Positions 63,001-64,000 of a stretch of DNA of 64,000 bases are shown one piece after another. Made by a program: the position numbers and the translations under genes. The DNA lies in assembly GCA_965368975.1 (NCBI GenBank), contig CBDUPA010000024.1, positions 16,790 to 80,789 on the forward strand, read 5' to 3'. Below the pieces are notes generated by a model. It was given only the letters and a program-made list of their open reading frames with translations. It did no database searches and had not been told where the DNA came from. Every line of letters begins with the position of its first letter. Positions within the stretch are counted from its first letter, which is position 1. The DNA is from an uncultured bacterium. GTDB lineage: Bacteria > Acidobacteriota > Thermoanaerobaculia > Multivoradales > JAHZIX01.

Positions 63001-63950
63001 AGCTTGCCGAGGTCGAGGTTGTAAATCACCGTTGGACCGCTGGCGCTGAGTACCGTCACCGGACCCTGGTTCACTTGCACTTCGAGCTTGCCCGGAGATC
63101 CCTGCCAATCGACCAACACGTCGAGGCGGTTGATCTGGTCGACGCCGTCGAGGAAGACGCCCTGGTACAGCCGGTCGACGCGCATCACGTGGGGCAAGGC
63201 ATTGACCACCACCACGTCGTAGGTCTGCGTGTCCTCGCCATAGGGGTTGCTGACTGTCAGCGTGACCGGGTAGGTGCCGGCGGTGGCGAAGGTGTGCACG
63301 GGGTCGGGCACGTCGTCGTCGATCACGCCGTCACCGTCGAAGTCCCAGGCGTAGACCAGTTCCGTGCCGCGCGACTGGTCGCTGAAGATCACCGGTGTGG
63401 CGGCGAGCGGCACCGGAGGCGCCCAGCGAAAGTCGGCGTTGGGAGCGAGGCCGGAGCACAGGGTCATGTCGTCGAAGCCGAACTCGTTGACCAGGGCTCC
63501 GGCCAGGGTGACACTGCGGATGTTGTTGACGTCCGAGGTCAGCATGAGCTTGTCCCACTTGCAGAAGACGCCGGTCGGATCGCCGGTGCATCCCACCGTG
63601 CCGTCGACGTTGCCCGTCGCCGTCGCGACCACCTGTCCGCTGCCGTTGGGTCCGTTCCACGCCGACAGGGTCACCGGCACCGAGAAGGGCGAGGCCGTAT
63701 ACCAGACCTCCACGGTGTGCACGAAGGTGTCAAAGGTGATCGGGTCGACTTCGGTCAGGAAGTGCGCCACGGTGCTCGGAGACGGTTCGTTGGCGAAGTC
63801 ACCGGTACCGCCGGCGTCCTGATCGACCAAGCCGAGCCATGACGGCCCGAAGGTCACGGCCGGCACGCCAGCGATGGTGCCTATGGGGGCGTTGTTGGCG
63901 ATGCCCTCGAAGCTGATCTCGGTGCACGAAGCGCCGTTCTTGGACATCAC
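60048..63950 (-). CDS. Giant secreted multidomain protein (about 1300 aa) with PKD domains, a CARDB domain and a beta-propeller/BNR-like central region
   Basis: PKD domains near the N-terminus (YAWDFDGDGVIDD...HTFATAGTYPVTLTVSNPYG) and the C-terminus (FSWLFADGASAVGAAVSHTFASAGSYPVSVLVTDQHG). A CARDB-like unit (FDVRLYVGDPDAAGVQVAEQRVDGPLVGGATVEVSLGYV). Repeated ...SDSRGNAVAVW.../...TDGRLMLSW... blades. The N-terminus may extend past 63950 toward the window edge. Confidence 0.65.
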   Translation of the reverse strand: MMSKNGASCTEISFEGIANNAPIGTIAGVPAVTFGPSWLGLVDQDAGGTGDFANEPSPSTVAHFLTEVDPITFDTFVHTVEVWYTASPFSVPVTLSAWNGPNGSGQVVATATGNVDGTVGCTGDPTGVFCKWDKLMLTSDVNNIRSVTLAGALVNEFGFDDMTLCSGLAPNADFRWAPPVPLAATPVIFSDQSRGTELVYAWDFDGDGVIDDDVPDPVHTFATAGTYPVTLTVSNPYGEDTQTYDVVVVNALPHVMRVDRLYQGVFLDGVDQINRLDVLVDWQGSPGKLEVQVNQGPVTVLSASGPTVIYNLDLGKLPESTQPSLVRLTPTNGEGVRGDTQVEKVYVFPYPEWLKIATEIGGTVTARAGDGEIVFGLLYKYPKEPISKGCDIGCALSNCPKCIQVPKWVPLFGGTFDLLETQLSVEGSVSSVGTGSLSFDAKTGFFALGGGKAGGGVEGSASGKGEFRLAVIDGLDLIKATGELKIVGVLAAEAGIFDAIPGLQSLSGLPVLSTINKKVTLRGEIRPSITLMVVFAEKEDDLLHFDEITGTLGLDLTAVLDVNICRSLDLTGWASGGGSVTAGLPTPIFRQAEMHVEAGVKLVVWFWDFTAKARYQCTYKRSGEFRCGRSKSAPETPRLHLIATDIRRFGEPSRFVEAPRLRPDGPLYGDGGSVSRPRALLPHAVQEVTLLENVYAQASPAFTELPGGDHLLLWLSQDPSLPTPQSTELYFSRNYGAGWAAPLQLTDDRRADLAPQLASDSRGNAVAVWTRVRDARFDSPIEELEDLPAFLSRLDVVSAFYNTATGFWSTPVVLTNNALHDTDVQLSRATDGRLMLSWLQQPGGLFTSDAAHPATLRVRFWNAATRTWGPAQTVASGLVGVTRHAAAYRGDEAFAVLSLDPDPTTGGDEVLRLYTWDGIRWLANPRWAAGGGGNRAPQAAYDHSGTGHMVWLRGDNLVQATLDDKTPRPVRTGSSSATFDDLRLLRQPQGHLTLLWQEVTDDGPANLWAQIYDPGWQSWSEDLRLTSESDATHHDLTATYGTDGVLRAAYLRTQILRTEDTEVLDGVPVTFDNLPDAGRTDLRLLEHHLDADLTVAEGDLHTSPATPAVGDSVQATLQVHNTGALATGAFDVRLYVGDPDAAGVQVAEQRVDGPLVGGATVEVSLGYVQPAGDAELVAVVDAADEIDELLETNNRVSLALDNQAPFAVIIADVTSGAAPLTVYFDASGSLDPDGDSLRFSWLFADGASAVGAAVSHTFASAGSYPVSVLVTDQHGAQAAASVVITVTGDGGRECRLEPCT

Positions 63951-64000
63951 GTGGAAGGGCGGAGCCGTGGTCGTCGGAGGGCCGGGCTCAGCGCTGGAAG

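Noticed and set aside
60978-63842. Plus-strand ORFs 60978..61913 and 63075..63842 and others opposite the PKD/CARDB giant gene
   Set aside because: The PKD and CARDB motifs are read on the minus strand. The plus frames lack them.
1-64000. CRISPR arrays, rRNA, tRNA, transposase or integrase genes
   Set aside because: No regularly spaced direct repeats, no rRNA/tRNA-like conserved segments, and no transposase/integrase motifs (DDE, tyrosine recombinase RHRY) were seen. I have no tools to run a formal scan, so short elements could have been missed.

Overview
This is a 64 kb, very GC-rich (about 68-70%) bacterial chromosomal window with one clear low-GC (about 45%) insertion at about 54.9-57.1 kb. 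The taxon is not assignable with confidence. The gene content looks Gram-negative and proteobacterial: EF-P beta-lysylation genes epmA/epmB, apaH, an envC-ctpA-yibQ block, pilT, an RND efflux pump and a Dam-like methylase, plus several Ser/Thr kinases fused to TPR repeats. Many of the long ORFs in the six-frame track are GC-driven antisense artefacts lying opposite recognisable genes. I called about 52 protein-coding genes and found no rRNA, tRNA or CRISPR.

Recognisable genes:
- Housekeeping: pilT-like ATPase (partial), apaH, selA, an MtaB/MiaB-family methylthiotransferase, the epmB / efp / epmA cluster with a deoxyhypusine-synthase-like gene beside it, envC-like M23 peptidase, ctpA, yibQ, and a Smr-domain protein.
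- Envelope and efflux: a TolC-MFP-RND efflux operon followed by an ECF sigma and a zinc-finger (ZAS-type) anti-sigma.
- Signalling: a second ECF sigma directly upstream of a Ser/Thr kinase, plus a second stand-alone kinase, both with TPR tails.
- Large secreted proteins: one of about 1390 aa built from carboxypeptidase-regulatory-like repeats, and one of about 1300 aa with PKD and CARDB domains.
- Mobile or defence-like: a nucleotidyltransferase-toxin pair, an MNT/HEPN pair, a Dam-like methyltransferase, and the low-GC insertion carrying two unknown secreted proteins.

The most unusual locus is at 9.7-18.6 kb on the minus strand. It reads: an atypically long ECF-like sigma factor with a roughly 150-residue insert between sigma2 and sigma4, then a single-pass putative anti-sigma, then three paralogous CHAT-type (caspase-fold, clan CD) protease genes. 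The three protease genes are joined by two ATGA start/stop overlaps. A signal-peptide-bearing repeat protein is transcribed divergently from the shared upstream region. I have not seen this arrangement described, and I flag it as a candidate regulated protease cascade or conflict system.

Other points worth a second look are the DHS-like gene beside the EF-P modification genes, an orphan MbtH-like gene pair, the low-GC island bracketed by toxin-antitoxin modules, and a Dam-like methylase followed by an unknown beta-rich protein.
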